Assembly (NCBI GenBank): GCA_963699545.1
Contig: CAVOUE010000004.1
Span: 32,001-96,000, forward strand
DNA from: Nitrospirota bacterium
GTDB taxonomy: Bacteria > Nitrospirota > Thermodesulfovibrionia > Thermodesulfovibrionales > UBA9159
Direction: 5' to 3'
Length of the DNA: 64,000 nt
Shown: in pieces, positions 1 through 9,004 of the stretch
Layout: each line of letters opens with the position of its first letter
How positions within the stretch are numbered: position 1 is the stretch's first letter
Position numbers and translations under genes: made by a program
Notes under the pieces: generated by a model
The model's input: the letters and a program-made list of their open reading frames with translations, nothing else
The model's database searches: none
What the model was told of the DNA's origin: nothing

Positions 1-70
1 GAACCACCGCGACAAGCGTAAAATTGAAGATGATGATATAAGGCAGATAGTGTTGCATAATCTCAGACAC
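1..70 (-). CDS. N-terminus of a membrane protein running off the window (possibly ATP synthase subunit a)
   Basis: GTG at 70 after a GGGGGA RBS; reads MSEIMQHYLPYIIIFNFTLVAVV; follows an AtpZ/AtpI-like gene. Confidence 0.35.
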   Translation of the reverse strand, partial: MSEIMQHYLPYIIIFNFTLVAVV

Positions 71-85
71 GGGGTCCCCCCACGG

Positions 86-292
86 CTATCGATGCCATTC
101 CTGCTTAAGCCGCAGCATGTCACGAACAGCCAGGCAAAAGCCGACCAACAGGCCGATACCGGTAATGTATGGAAATGTTTTCAGCCATCTGTCCAGACCA
201 TACCCGATTGCACCGCCGGCCAACAGGTAACTGGGTATCAACGACCATACGGCGATGACTTTCAGAAGTTTTGCTGAGAGCAGATCCTTCAT
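86..292 (-). CDS. AtpZ/AtpI family (ATPase gene 1) small membrane protein
   Basis: 68 aa, two TM segments, G-Y-G-L-D-R-W-L-x-T-x-P signature. Confidence 0.7.
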   Translation of the reverse strand: MKDLLSAKLLKVIAVWSLIPSYLLAGGAIGYGLDRWLKTFPYITGIGLLVGFCLAVRDMLRLKQEWHR

Positions 293-317
293 GGCTTTTG
301 CACTCCTTCCCTCTTTG

Positions 318-783
318 TCACATGCTGGAACTCTCTTTGTCCAGTGTTTCTTTCTGGTTCATGACCGGCATTTTCTGCCAGATCCTCACTATGATCAGGC
401 CACCGACGACCGCAGCCAGCGCATGCACCACAAACGGCGTCAGGGCTTCGCTCGAAGCCTCAAGAGCCTGAACACTGCTCGCGGCCATGAGGGTTAGGAA
501 GATGGCGAAGCCAGGGAGCGTGAGCACACCCAACAGAAGCGTGATCAACGCTCTGCTTTGGGGCGAGGACAGAAGTCCTGGAGCGATGGAGAATCCGGTC
601 AGCAGACCCGAGCAGACAGGAGAGATATAACCGCCCCCAGCCGAGAACGATCGTCAGGGGCACAAGAACACCGAGGAGCGCGACAATCGTCAAGGAGGTC
701 CAGAATGCCCTCAGGAAGATAGCCGAAAGATACCGTGATCTGGCCTCTTCGCTTGCCTCATTTTCGAAAAAATGTTCTTTCAA
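318..783 (-). CDS. Hypothetical multi-TM membrane protein, split by a frameshift near 560-600
   Basis: Overlapping hydrophobic ORFs 460..783 and 318..548 in different frames. Confidence 0.45.
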
Positions 784-1120
784 TTGTCTTCCCCCCTCAT
801 CCCTTCCTGAGTGAAAAATATTGATTCTTAATTAAATTGTCCCAGAAGAATCACTGTGTGTCAACTAAACGACATATTGATGATTTGGGAGTATTGTATT
901 CAATGATTTCCAGAGGATGTTTTCTGGGGCGATTAGGATAGCTGTTAGGATTCACTTAATCTACTCTTGAGAAACACTTGGTATGAGCATAAGGATCTGT
1001 CCCTTGCTGGCAATATCTCACCAAACACTTATGGATATAATGTTCAACACCTTTTTATGTATGTCATGCTGGGAATGAGAGACTTGTGGAAAACAATAGA
1101 CTTATAGTAATTTAAGAGCA

Positions 1121-1672
1121 ATGCATATGTTGACAAACGGGCACACAGAAGAGGCTACCCTGGTGGTACACCCCAAGAGCAAGAGATCCGGGGTATATAT
1201 CATTAAGACCTATATATGGTATGTGGAGAGGCTTGTGTGGGTCATAGCCGGAATGTTCATGCTCATGGGTTCCCTTCTTTCCGCATTGCATAACCATAAC
1301 TGGGCATTTCTTATTCTCGTCGTTGGTATGAGTTCGGTTTTCGTATCACTCACTGGCTTTTGTGTCGTCGGTAATATTCTTTACAGGCTTGGGGTGAAAC
1401 CTCTCCTAGAGAAATCTCTCAAATCAGGGGGAAAGAGTGCATTCTATTTGATGCAGACCGACAGGTGGTATCTCGAAAGATATATATATCTTATTGTTGG
1501 GATTAACCTCTCGTGGACAGCCCTTTTCGCCCGATTCCACAGTCCTTACTGGCTGTGGTTTCCGGTCTTTGTGGGTGCTGCTACGATCGTCTTTGCCTTC
1601 ACGGGATTTTGCATACTCGCCAATCTGCTGTACAGGCTCGGCGCTGAACCACGGCTTTGCAGAAATTTATGA
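1121..1672 (+). CDS. Tandem DUF2892 (YgaP-like) membrane protein
   Basis: Two internal repeats WY(V/L)ER...TGFC(V/I)xxN(I/L)LYRLG. Confidence 0.75.
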   Translation: MHMLTNGHTEEATLVVHPKSKRSGVYIIKTYIWYVERLVWVIAGMFMLMGSLLSALHNHNWAFLILVVGMSSVFVSLTGFCVVGNILYRLGVKPLLEKSLKSGGKSAFYLMQTDRWYLERYIYLIVGINLSWTALFARFHSPYWLWFPVFVGAATIVFAFTGFCILANLLYRLGAEPRLCRNL

Positions 1673-1779
1673 GAGACGGCTTGATCGTTTTCTGAAACCA
1701 CGGCTGTACAGTTGAGCTAACCGAGATCATATTCTCTCACGTTACATCCTGACCTTCCCCCGAAAAAGTGGACACCCAG

Positions 1780-2637
1780 TTAAGTTTCATCAAGGAGCCG
1801 TTCATATTGCTCCGGACTCCTATACCCTAATGCCGAGTGTCTCCTCTGACGATTATAGAACACTTCCACGTACTCAAATATGCTGAGCCTTGCCTCCAGC
1901 CTTGAACGGTACTTCTCACCGTGGACCAATTCCGTTTTGAGGGTACCGAAGAACGACTCGGCATAGGCATTATCATAGCAATTGCCACTTCTGCTCATGC
2001 TCGGGGTAATGTCGTATTCTCTGAGAAGCTCCTGATATGCATAGCTCGCGTACTGTCTGCCTCGATCAGAATGGTGGATGAGCCCCTCGGAAGGGGTTTG
2101 CCTGCTTGCTGCCGCCTTCAGCGCATCAGAGGCGAGTTCCTGAGAGAGCTTGGCGCTCATGGACAGCCCGATAATCCTCCTGCTTCTGACATTCATCACT
2201 GCCGCCACATACAGCCAGCCCTCGGAAGTGGGAACAAATGTTATATCTGATGCCCATACCCCCTCTGTCTGTCTCTTTTCAATCAGCAGGTTTGCCGCCA
2301 GGGCATAATCATGCCGTGAATCGGTAGTCCGCCTGAATCTCCTCTTTTTCACTTCCCCACATATTGCATGGTCCTTCATGATCCTGGCTACCCGGTTCTT
2401 CCCGCATTTGACACCCTGTTCATTGAGCTCAACGGTGATCCGGGGACTACCGTACAGCTTTCTGCTTTGAGTGTGGACCTCCCGTATGTGCCCCAGCAGC
2501 TCACGATTGTCTTTTACCCTCGTGCTGACCGGACGACTGCGCCACGCATAATACCCGCTCCTGGATACCTTCAACACCTCACACATGCTTCTCACCTTGT
2601 ACTTCTCCCGGTGCTCTTCCATAAACCCATACTTCAT
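1780..2637 (-). CDS. IS3 transposase OrfB (DDE integrase core)
   Basis: WASDITF, HHSDRGRQY, DNAYAESFF, YNRQRRHSALGY motifs. Confidence 0.95.
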   Translation of the reverse strand: MKYGFMEEHREKYKVRSMCEVLKVSRSGYYAWRSRPVSTRVKDNRELLGHIREVHTQSRKLYGSPRITVELNEQGVKCGKNRVARIMKDHAICGEVKKRRFRRTTDSRHDYALAANLLIEKRQTEGVWASDITFVPTSEGWLYVAAVMNVRSRRIIGLSMSAKLSQELASDALKAAASRQTPSEGLIHHSDRGRQYASYAYQELLREYDITPSMSRSGNCYDNAYAESFFGTLKTELVHGEKYRSRLEARLSIFEYVEVFYNRQRRHSALGYRSPEQYERLLDET

Positions 2638-2942
2638 CTGCTTTGTTTGGAGAATACGGCCAAGGCTTTTTTTAAAATATCCCTCTCTTCCTTCACCTTT
2701 TCTAATTCCTTACGGAGCTGCTTTATCTCCGCTCCCTCAGGACTTGAATGCCCTTTGCCCACAAAGGCCTTCTCACCATCTTTCAGCAATCTCCTTCTCC
2801 ACAGATGAAGCAAATTTGGATGAATATCAAGCTCCCGCGCTACCCTACCTACTGGCATCCCCTTTTCCGTGACCAGTTGCACTGCATTCCTCTTGAACTC
2901 ACCGGTGAAATGCCGCCGTTTATCCTCTTTCCCCATACACAC
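2634..2942 (-). CDS. IS3 transposase OrfA (HTH), with -1 frameshift site
   Basis: HTH_Tnp_1-like sequence; A7G slippery run on minus strand at 2666-2673. Confidence 0.93.
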   Translation of the reverse strand: MCMGKEDKRRHFTGEFKRNAVQLVTEKGMPVGRVARELDIHPNLLHLWRRRLLKDGEKAFVGKGHSSPEGAEIKQLRKELEKVKEERDILKKALAVFSKQSR

Positions 2943-3298
2943 ACCTCCTCTTCCATCTTACAAATCTTTAGGTGTGTCCATCAATTCGGGGAAAGGTCAT
3001 CCCCTAATCTTTAAGGGTTCACAAGATTGAAACAGCGGACTCGTAGGTGTACACAGCAACCCGAAGGCGAAGGGTTGCGCGTTTGTTTCAGAGGAAGGAG
3101 CTGACACTGCGGAGTTCCGCGGGGATAGGGTCTACGCCGTTGCGGCGATGTCCGAAGTAAAACAGAACACCTGCTCAAACTGGTCGGAATATCCAGGCAT
3201 TCTGAGCGAGAGAAATTACTGCGGCTGGATCTTCGTCTTGAGAAAGGTCCCCAACGCTTTATCAATTCTACGTATATGACTGAGCAACCACTCCATGA

Positions 3299-3826
3299 TC
3301 AGTGGATCATACTGTCCGCGATCTTCAGGAGATCGAAGGGAGGGGCCTTCATGGTCAGGGTCATCCGGTATTTCCCCTCATCCCAGGAGATCCTGCTGCA
3401 GGGCAGATCGTCCTTGCATGTTCCCACCTCCAGGAGCGCAGTCCTTCCCTTGAGAGGGGAGGTTGCCCTTTCTTTGATCTGCGTCAGCACCAGCTTCTCT
3501 TCCGGGATGGGGCCACCGCCCCCAACCTGGGATATAACAAGACCCGTGTCGGAGGTCTCGCCGATGCTGAATTCCATGAGCACAGCAAAGTACGGCCTGG
3601 ACTGGGCCAGTATCCTCGAAGGCGGCCATTTGACATTCTGGGGGATGTAGGAGGGGAGATAGATATCTCTCACATTCAATTTTGATCTCACTTCATCAAC
3701 GCTGCTGTACTTCTTCATCATCCCTTCCTGGAACACCGTCGGCAGCCAGTTGGTGACTTTCAGGATCACAAGGAGGATCGTGACGGTGGCTGCAAAATAG
3801 AAAAAACCGAGAACCTTCTTACGCAC
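3299..3826 (-). CDS. Hypothetical membrane-anchored periplasmic protein
   Basis: 175 aa, N-terminal TM segment, GGAGG RBS, directly downstream of peptidase. Confidence 0.7.
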   Translation of the reverse strand: MRKKVLGFFYFAATVTILLVILKVTNWLPTVFQEGMMKKYSSVDEVRSKLNVRDIYLPSYIPQNVKWPPSRILAQSRPYFAVLMEFSIGETSDTGLVISQVGGGGPIPEEKLVLTQIKERATSPLKGRTALLEVGTCKDDLPCSRISWDEGKYRMTLTMKAPPFDLLKIADSMIH

Positions 3827-3843
3827 TGTTCACCTCCATTCCG

Positions 3844-4835
3844 TCATACGACATAATAATTGATGATACCGACCGCCGCGAGGGTGAGGAGAAATTTCAG
3901 CCATGCACCCCCGGGCTGGTGCTCCAGCCCTTCTTCAAGTCTCCTGATCCTGCCCTCAAGGTGGACGTTATGGCTGTAATCCTCAAGGGCAACGCTGAGG
4001 GTCGAGAGCTTTTTCATTTTCCCAAGGGTGAGGTCTTCTCCCCTGTAATTGAATTTCCGGAGGATCTTCGCCACGCACCGGGCCTCTGCGTCAGTGCAAC
4101 GGCCACATCGTCACATATCTTCTCTTCTTCCTGTACCATCCTTCTGAACTCCACAAGGATCACCGGATTAAAGAACATAAGCATCCGTATCAGGTATACC
4201 ACCACAAGGAGCGGACGTCTGTTCCTCTCGATATGGGCGACCTCATGGGCAATGGCCGCCTGCAGTTGCTCCCCGTCCATTCCCGCAACAAGCCCTGAGG
4301 ATAAATAGACCGTAGGCTCATTCCGGGTGGTGGAGAACAATAAGAGCTCATCGTCGTCGATCACCGAAATGCGGGGCCTCTCCCCGGGAAAATTCTCCAG
4401 TGCGTCATTGATAGCAGGGTGATCAATGGCCTCTTCCTCTTCGGATGAAGACCGTCTCGATTCAATGGTATGCATCAGGATCGGGACCATCTCCTGGACA
4501 AGAAAGACCAGAGTAGTGACAGAAAGCATGGCAATGAACAGCAGGTTTACAGGGATGATCCCCCATAGTTCCAGGTTCAGCCACCGGTTGATATCAAAAA
4601 GGGTCTCCAGTCTGAAGGAAACCGACCCCCTCCCCGGGTTTATGTACTGGTAGACGGGAAAGGAGACTATGGGGAAGAGCATGACGATCAGGCTGAAGCG
4701 CTGGCGTATCAGCGGATTGGTGATGTCCCATGCCTGGATGGCCCTGTCCACGATCAGGGCAGCGATGAGGGAATGGCAGAACGCCTGGGCAATGTACATG
4801 CCGACATACGAACTAAAAAAAGTTGCGATATTCAT
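3844..4835 (-). CDS. M56/M48 (BlaR1-like) membrane zinc metallopeptidase, frameshifted near 4075
   Basis: HEVAH motif, FFNP...EEKICDD; C-terminus continues in ORF 3844..4074. Confidence 0.8.
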
Positions 4836-5057
4836 TCCCTATATACCTGTATACCAAAAAAAGCTTCTTTATGATAGCAAATTTATGCTGCCGGTCAAGA
4901 AATCTCCCGAAATAGATTAGCGGAAACCTTTTTGACCTCACAGTACTTTCGCATAGTTCTTCCCGGCATGATTGGATAAGACATTATAGAATGGACAGCT
5001 CTTGATTGCAGGAATTACAAAAAGACCTGCAAGTGTGCCTCGGAGGCCTGCAGGAGG

Positions 5058-5537
5058 TTACGCCTTTTCGGCCGCAAGAAGCATGATTTCCGCGCCGATC
5101 TGCATGTCATCAACGATTCCGAAATAGTGCTTTCGGATAAAACCTTTCTTATCGATGAGGATCAAGGTGGGTGTTCCCCGGCACCGATAATCCCTCATCG
5201 TTAACGGGACAGCTGAACCGGAGGGATCGGGAGCATCAACACCGACAGGAAAGGTATACTTGAACTCGTACAGGAATGACTTTAACGCCGAAGGCGTCAT
5301 CGCTTCATGATGTTCAAATACGGTATGCACACCGATGACGATAACGCCGGCCTTCGAAAATAAATCGAAGATCCTCTGGGTCTGCGGCAACCCGTGAAGA
5401 ACGCAGGCCGGGCAGAGCATCTGGAACGTATGCACAACGATCACCTTGCCCCGGCAGTCCTCGATCTTTATTTCCCTCTCCGTATTTAACCAGAGAGTGG
5501 TTTTCAGTTCCGGGGCGGGGTCATTGTCCTTGTGCAT
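5058..5537 (-). CDS. Redoxin / TlpA-AhpC-like thioredoxin-fold protein
   Basis: FQMLCPAC, HTVFEHH, GTPTLILIDKKG motifs. Confidence 0.85.
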   Translation of the reverse strand: MHKDNDPAPELKTTLWLNTEREIKIEDCRGKVIVVHTFQMLCPACVLHGLPQTQRIFDLFSKAGVIVIGVHTVFEHHEAMTPSALKSFLYEFKYTFPVGVDAPDPSGSAVPLTMRDYRCRGTPTLILIDKKGFIRKHYFGIVDDMQIGAEIMLLAAEKA

Positions 5538-5715
5538 ATCTACCGCCATTTGGGGAGCAACCGGCACGCACCTTCGATGTCGCCATCACTATATCGTTGA
5601 ACACATGACCACGGGGAATTCCCGCCAGAATGAGAAGATCCGCTTCCGTAATGATCCCGATGACGTGGCCCTCACCGTCCACAGCCGGCATTCCGCTTAT
5701 CTTGTACCGTATCAA
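5521..5715 (-). pseudogene. Single CBS-domain fragment
   Basis: ISGMPAVDGEGHVIGIITEADLL matches one CBS repeat; truncated. Confidence 0.55.
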
Positions 5716-5745
5716 TGATCTTCCGCCTTGTGAATGTCCCTCTCT

Positions 5746-6246
5746 TTATTTGCGATAAGAGCTGAAAACATAATCCGTCTTTTTCTGCGGTTCGTGGCAG
5801 TTGAAGCACGCGCCCTTTGGGTCAGTCACCGCTCTTTCCCTGGTGTCAGCCTTGAATCCTTCGAACCCCCATCCGCCCGTCTGCGCAAATCTTTTGGAAT
5901 CTTTCTCCATCACGCCGATGATTTTCCTGGGGCCTTCAACAACGGCGCTATTCTCGCTCTTTCCTTCCAGCAGGTCAAAAACCAGGACCGCTCCATCGGG
6001 ATAGGGTTTCCCTCTTTTCATAGCTTCCAGGGCCTTTTTGTTGGCATAGATGTGGTGAATTCCCCCGAAAGACTCAAAGAGAGGATGACCCTGTTGAATC
6101 ACCATTGACTTCACATGGGTCCACTGCCGATACCCTTCGGGATACTTAACGGATTGTTTGCTCCCCCCTCCGGAAAATACCGGTACAGCAAGGAAGAGAC
6201 CGAGGATGAAAACGATGGTGGCCGTAATGATGGGTTGGTTCTTCAT
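5746..6246 (-). CDS. Cytochrome P460 family protein, c'-beta type
   Basis: Signal peptide, YPEGYRQW, HHIYAN, PDGAVLVFD, GGWGF, C-terminal CFNCH. Confidence 0.88.
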   Translation of the reverse strand: MKNQPIITATIVFILGLFLAVPVFSGGGSKQSVKYPEGYRQWTHVKSMVIQQGHPLFESFGGIHHIYANKKALEAMKRGKPYPDGAVLVFDLLEGKSENSAVVEGPRKIIGVMEKDSKRFAQTGGWGFEGFKADTRERAVTDPKGACFNCHEPQKKTDYVFSSYRK

Positions 6247-6369
6247 AACGCCTTTACCTCCTTTTGTGGAGTTCCGGCCCATGCCGCTCTCCTTTTCATT
6301 GTTGAATGGCTCTCACTCTGCCCAGGGACTAACATTCTACGGGTTTCGGCAATCGTCCTTTCCGCACCT

Positions 6370-7425
6370 TTACCAACCAAACCTGAGATCCGATCTCGCG
6401 AATTCATTCCCGTAGATGTAACCGTCCACATCCTTCAGATTGACGATAATGCCGGCCTTTCTGAAGAACCTGTCCCAGCCGATCCTGTTTATCCATTCTT
6501 TTATTCTTTCGTCAGGTTCGGCACTCCTTTTCCACGCATCCATTATCTGGATAACCGCCTTTACGGCTTCCTCCCACTTTGGAGGGTTATTGGGCAAGTA
6601 GGGGATGACGATCCTTCCGAGGTCAGGACCGCTGCCGGTATTGGATGCCTTGCCTCCAACCGACACGGCAAAGCCATCGAGTTTCGGATCGCCCGTCAGG
6701 ATCGCTTCGCATGCCATGGTGCAAGCCCCGCAGTGTATGCATTTTTCAGCGCTTATCTGGATACCGATTTCACCTTTCGGCTTTATCGCACCTGTAGGGC
6801 AACAGGCGACAACCGTGGGACGTTCGCACAACCTGAACTGATCCTCAAGCACTATAGGCAAATCCCTGTGGACTCCTATTATTCCTATGTCCGCCATCAA
6901 CGCCTCTTCGATATTCGCACAGCCGCCTATGTTTATCTTCAACCATGAAGGCAGTCTCTGGTTTCTGAATTCATCGATCAGGGCATCGCCAAGGGCCTTT
7001 GCGATCCCCGGTGAGTCAGTTGCAGGAAGATTACAGTGGATCCAGCTCGGACACGCCATGATATTGTGCACGGAGTTCTTTGTCCCTCCCACCGGAAACC
7101 CTTCGGCCTCGACCTTTTCGATGAGTTCCTCTATCTTTTGAGGGTTCGCATCCACAAACTCAAAGGAGTTCCTCAAAGTGATCCTGAAGTATCCTCCTGA
7201 GTATTCATCGGCGAGGTCGCAGAGGTCCAGCATCGAGGCGACACTGATCCTCGACGGCGGCATTGCGGTCCTGACCGTATAGCAGACATCCCCTGACTCG
7301 GCGATATGCTTTATAACACCGGGTCTCGGTATCTCATGCCGGTCCCACTTCCCGTAGTTCTTTACTATTACAGGCGGGACATTCTCCTCTATCCTGGGTA
7401 CCCCGATTCCACCGATCTTACTCAT
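6370..7425 (-). CDS. dsrB: Divergent dissimilatory sulfite reductase beta subunit-like protein
   Basis: NYGKWDRHE..PGVIKH, YTVR, CPSWIHC..PATD, ferredoxin CIHCGAC, PNNPPKW, ERI.EWINRIGW.RFF. Confidence 0.88.
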   Translation of the reverse strand: MSKIGGIGVPRIEENVPPVIVKNYGKWDRHEIPRPGVIKHIAESGDVCYTVRTAMPPSRISVASMLDLCDLADEYSGGYFRITLRNSFEFVDANPQKIEELIEKVEAEGFPVGGTKNSVHNIMACPSWIHCNLPATDSPGIAKALGDALIDEFRNQRLPSWLKINIGGCANIEEALMADIGIIGVHRDLPIVLEDQFRLCERPTVVACCPTGAIKPKGEIGIQISAEKCIHCGACTMACEAILTGDPKLDGFAVSVGGKASNTGSGPDLGRIVIPYLPNNPPKWEEAVKAVIQIMDAWKRSAEPDERIKEWINRIGWDRFFRKAGIIVNLKDVDGYIYGNEFARSDLRFGW

Positions 7426-8647
7426 TGTGACCTCCTACTTCACCCTCGTCCCAGTGATAGAAGGTGTTTCTCCTCGGTGTTGAAAAATGCATCGTCGAGA
7501 TCTCGACCTCGCACCACTGAAGGAATTTGTCAAAACCAACCCTCTGGGCCATATCCCCTATCCGTTCCTTTTTTCTTCCGTGTTCGTCATAGACATCGCA
7601 TATCTTGTTGAATGCCTTGACCAGATCCGCGTAATCGGGCGGTGTCGCCTTAATGAAGGGAAAGATGACCTTTCCTTTCATAGGTCCGAATTTCCCTTTC
7701 ATCTTGCCGCCGGCAGTTATCGCAACGCCCCTGTCATCCCCGGGTTTTATGGCAGGCACGCGGTTGATACAGTACATGCACCGTATGCATCTGTCACCGT
7801 CAATTTCGAGCTTGTCCCCGTCCCAGGGCATTGCATCGGTCGGGCAGTGATCACAGACCCAACGAATATTGCCGCCTTCTTTGACCCACTCCCTCAGCCT
7901 GTCGTTATTCACCTTCGGCAGGTCCTTGAATACGCCTACGATGCCGATGTCTCCATGGAGGAGCGCCTTGCCGCATTCGTTGGGGCAGCCCGACATCTTT
8001 GTCTTTATCTTGAAGGGAAACCTCGGGTACTGTATGTCGTCGATGTAATGGGTCGTCATGAAATGCTTGATTCCCGGGGTGTCCATTACCGCATGTTCAC
8101 AGAGTGCCGGACCCATACAGTCGGGGATGTTCCTGATCGCATCACCTGCGGAGCCTACGTCGTTGCCGACCGCATTGAGTTCGCGCGTCACGGCAGCCAT
8201 AGCATTGTCGTTCATTATCCCGCAGATCTCGATATTGTAATTCGTCGTCAGCATATGGAGGGATCCGTCACCGTGCCTGTCTGCTGTCTCGCATATCTTT
8301 CTGAAGGTTGACGTCTTGAAGAAATTTCCGGGATTGCCGAGAACCCGTATGAGGTGGGAATGACTGATGATATCAGGCCTCCTCGATTTCCTGGCGATGG
8401 CCCCGGAGCCCAGTCCGGGTACAGAGGACATTCCTCCATGTCCCCATTGGGTCAGCCTTAACCTCATGGCCTCTTCATACATCATAACAGGGTAGCGCGT
8501 TTTCTTGAGTTCCTTTGCATGGCTCGGCCACGGTCCTTTTGAGAGCTCATCCATGAGGGGTGTTTCTGTTGTTTTACCGCCCGGTTCTTCTGCGATCTTC
8601 TCCTTCGGTGCTGCATGAATGGGAGATTCCGGCATATATGCCTCCAT
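7418..8647 (-). CDS. dsrA: Divergent dissimilatory sulfite reductase alpha subunit-like protein
   Basis: TPLMDELSKGPWPS, CMGPALC (CX5C), FPFKIKTKMSGCPNEC (CX3C), CIRCMYCIN, ERIGD...R.G. Confidence 0.9.
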   Translation of the reverse strand: MEAYMPESPIHAAPKEKIAEEPGGKTTETPLMDELSKGPWPSHAKELKKTRYPVMMYEEAMRLRLTQWGHGGMSSVPGLGSGAIARKSRRPDIISHSHLIRVLGNPGNFFKTSTFRKICETADRHGDGSLHMLTTNYNIEICGIMNDNAMAAVTRELNAVGNDVGSAGDAIRNIPDCMGPALCEHAVMDTPGIKHFMTTHYIDDIQYPRFPFKIKTKMSGCPNECGKALLHGDIGIVGVFKDLPKVNNDRLREWVKEGGNIRWVCDHCPTDAMPWDGDKLEIDGDRCIRCMYCINRVPAIKPGDDRGVAITAGGKMKGKFGPMKGKVIFPFIKATPPDYADLVKAFNKICDVYDEHGRKKERIGDMAQRVGFDKFLQWCEVEISTMHFSTPRRNTFYHWDEGEVGGHNE

Positions 8648-8719
8648 TCTTCCTATTAAAGAATCAGTTCTCCTTTTCTACCCTATAACTTATCTTTAGC
8701 GTATCCATAAACAAGATGC

Positions 8720-8735
8720 TATGATTTAAATCATA
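8720..8735. promoter_or_regulatory. Crp/Fnr-type palindrome upstream of dsrA-like gene
   Basis: TATGA-TTTAAA-TCATA, perfect 16-bp palindrome. Confidence 0.7.
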
Positions 8736-8930
8736 AGGGAACGGTAGGGGGCTCGCCGTTTTCCCCGACCTTTTTCATGCGCTTATCAGGCACCACGCGT
8801 TTTACAGCCGGCAGACCGGACACATAAAACGGGATTTGAAACCGCGATCCAGTCCCATGTATCTGAATTCCATGTGATACCTGCATATCGTGCTTCTGCA
8901 CCCAGGACCGATAAAATCTGCGGTATCCCT

Positions 8931-8968
8931 GCGAGGGAACCCGTTGCTATTCCAAGTGGTTCCCTCGC
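8931..8968 (-). terminator. Hairpin downstream of the methyltransferase gene
   Basis: GCGAGGGAACC...GGTTCCCTCGC inverted repeat. Confidence 0.5.
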
Positions 8969-9004
8969 GTCTTCTTTTTACTCGCTCACACGAGGCTTTG
9001 TCCG

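Larger units (their letters stand above)
1750..2999 (-). mobile_element. Complete IS3-family insertion sequence, 1250 bp, 3-bp target duplication TCC
   Basis: Terminal IRs TGACCTTCCCCCGAAAAAGTGGACAC (from 1750) and TGACCTTTCCCCGAATTGATGGACAC (revcomp ending 2999); TCC at 1747-1749 and 3000-3002. Confidence 0.95.
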
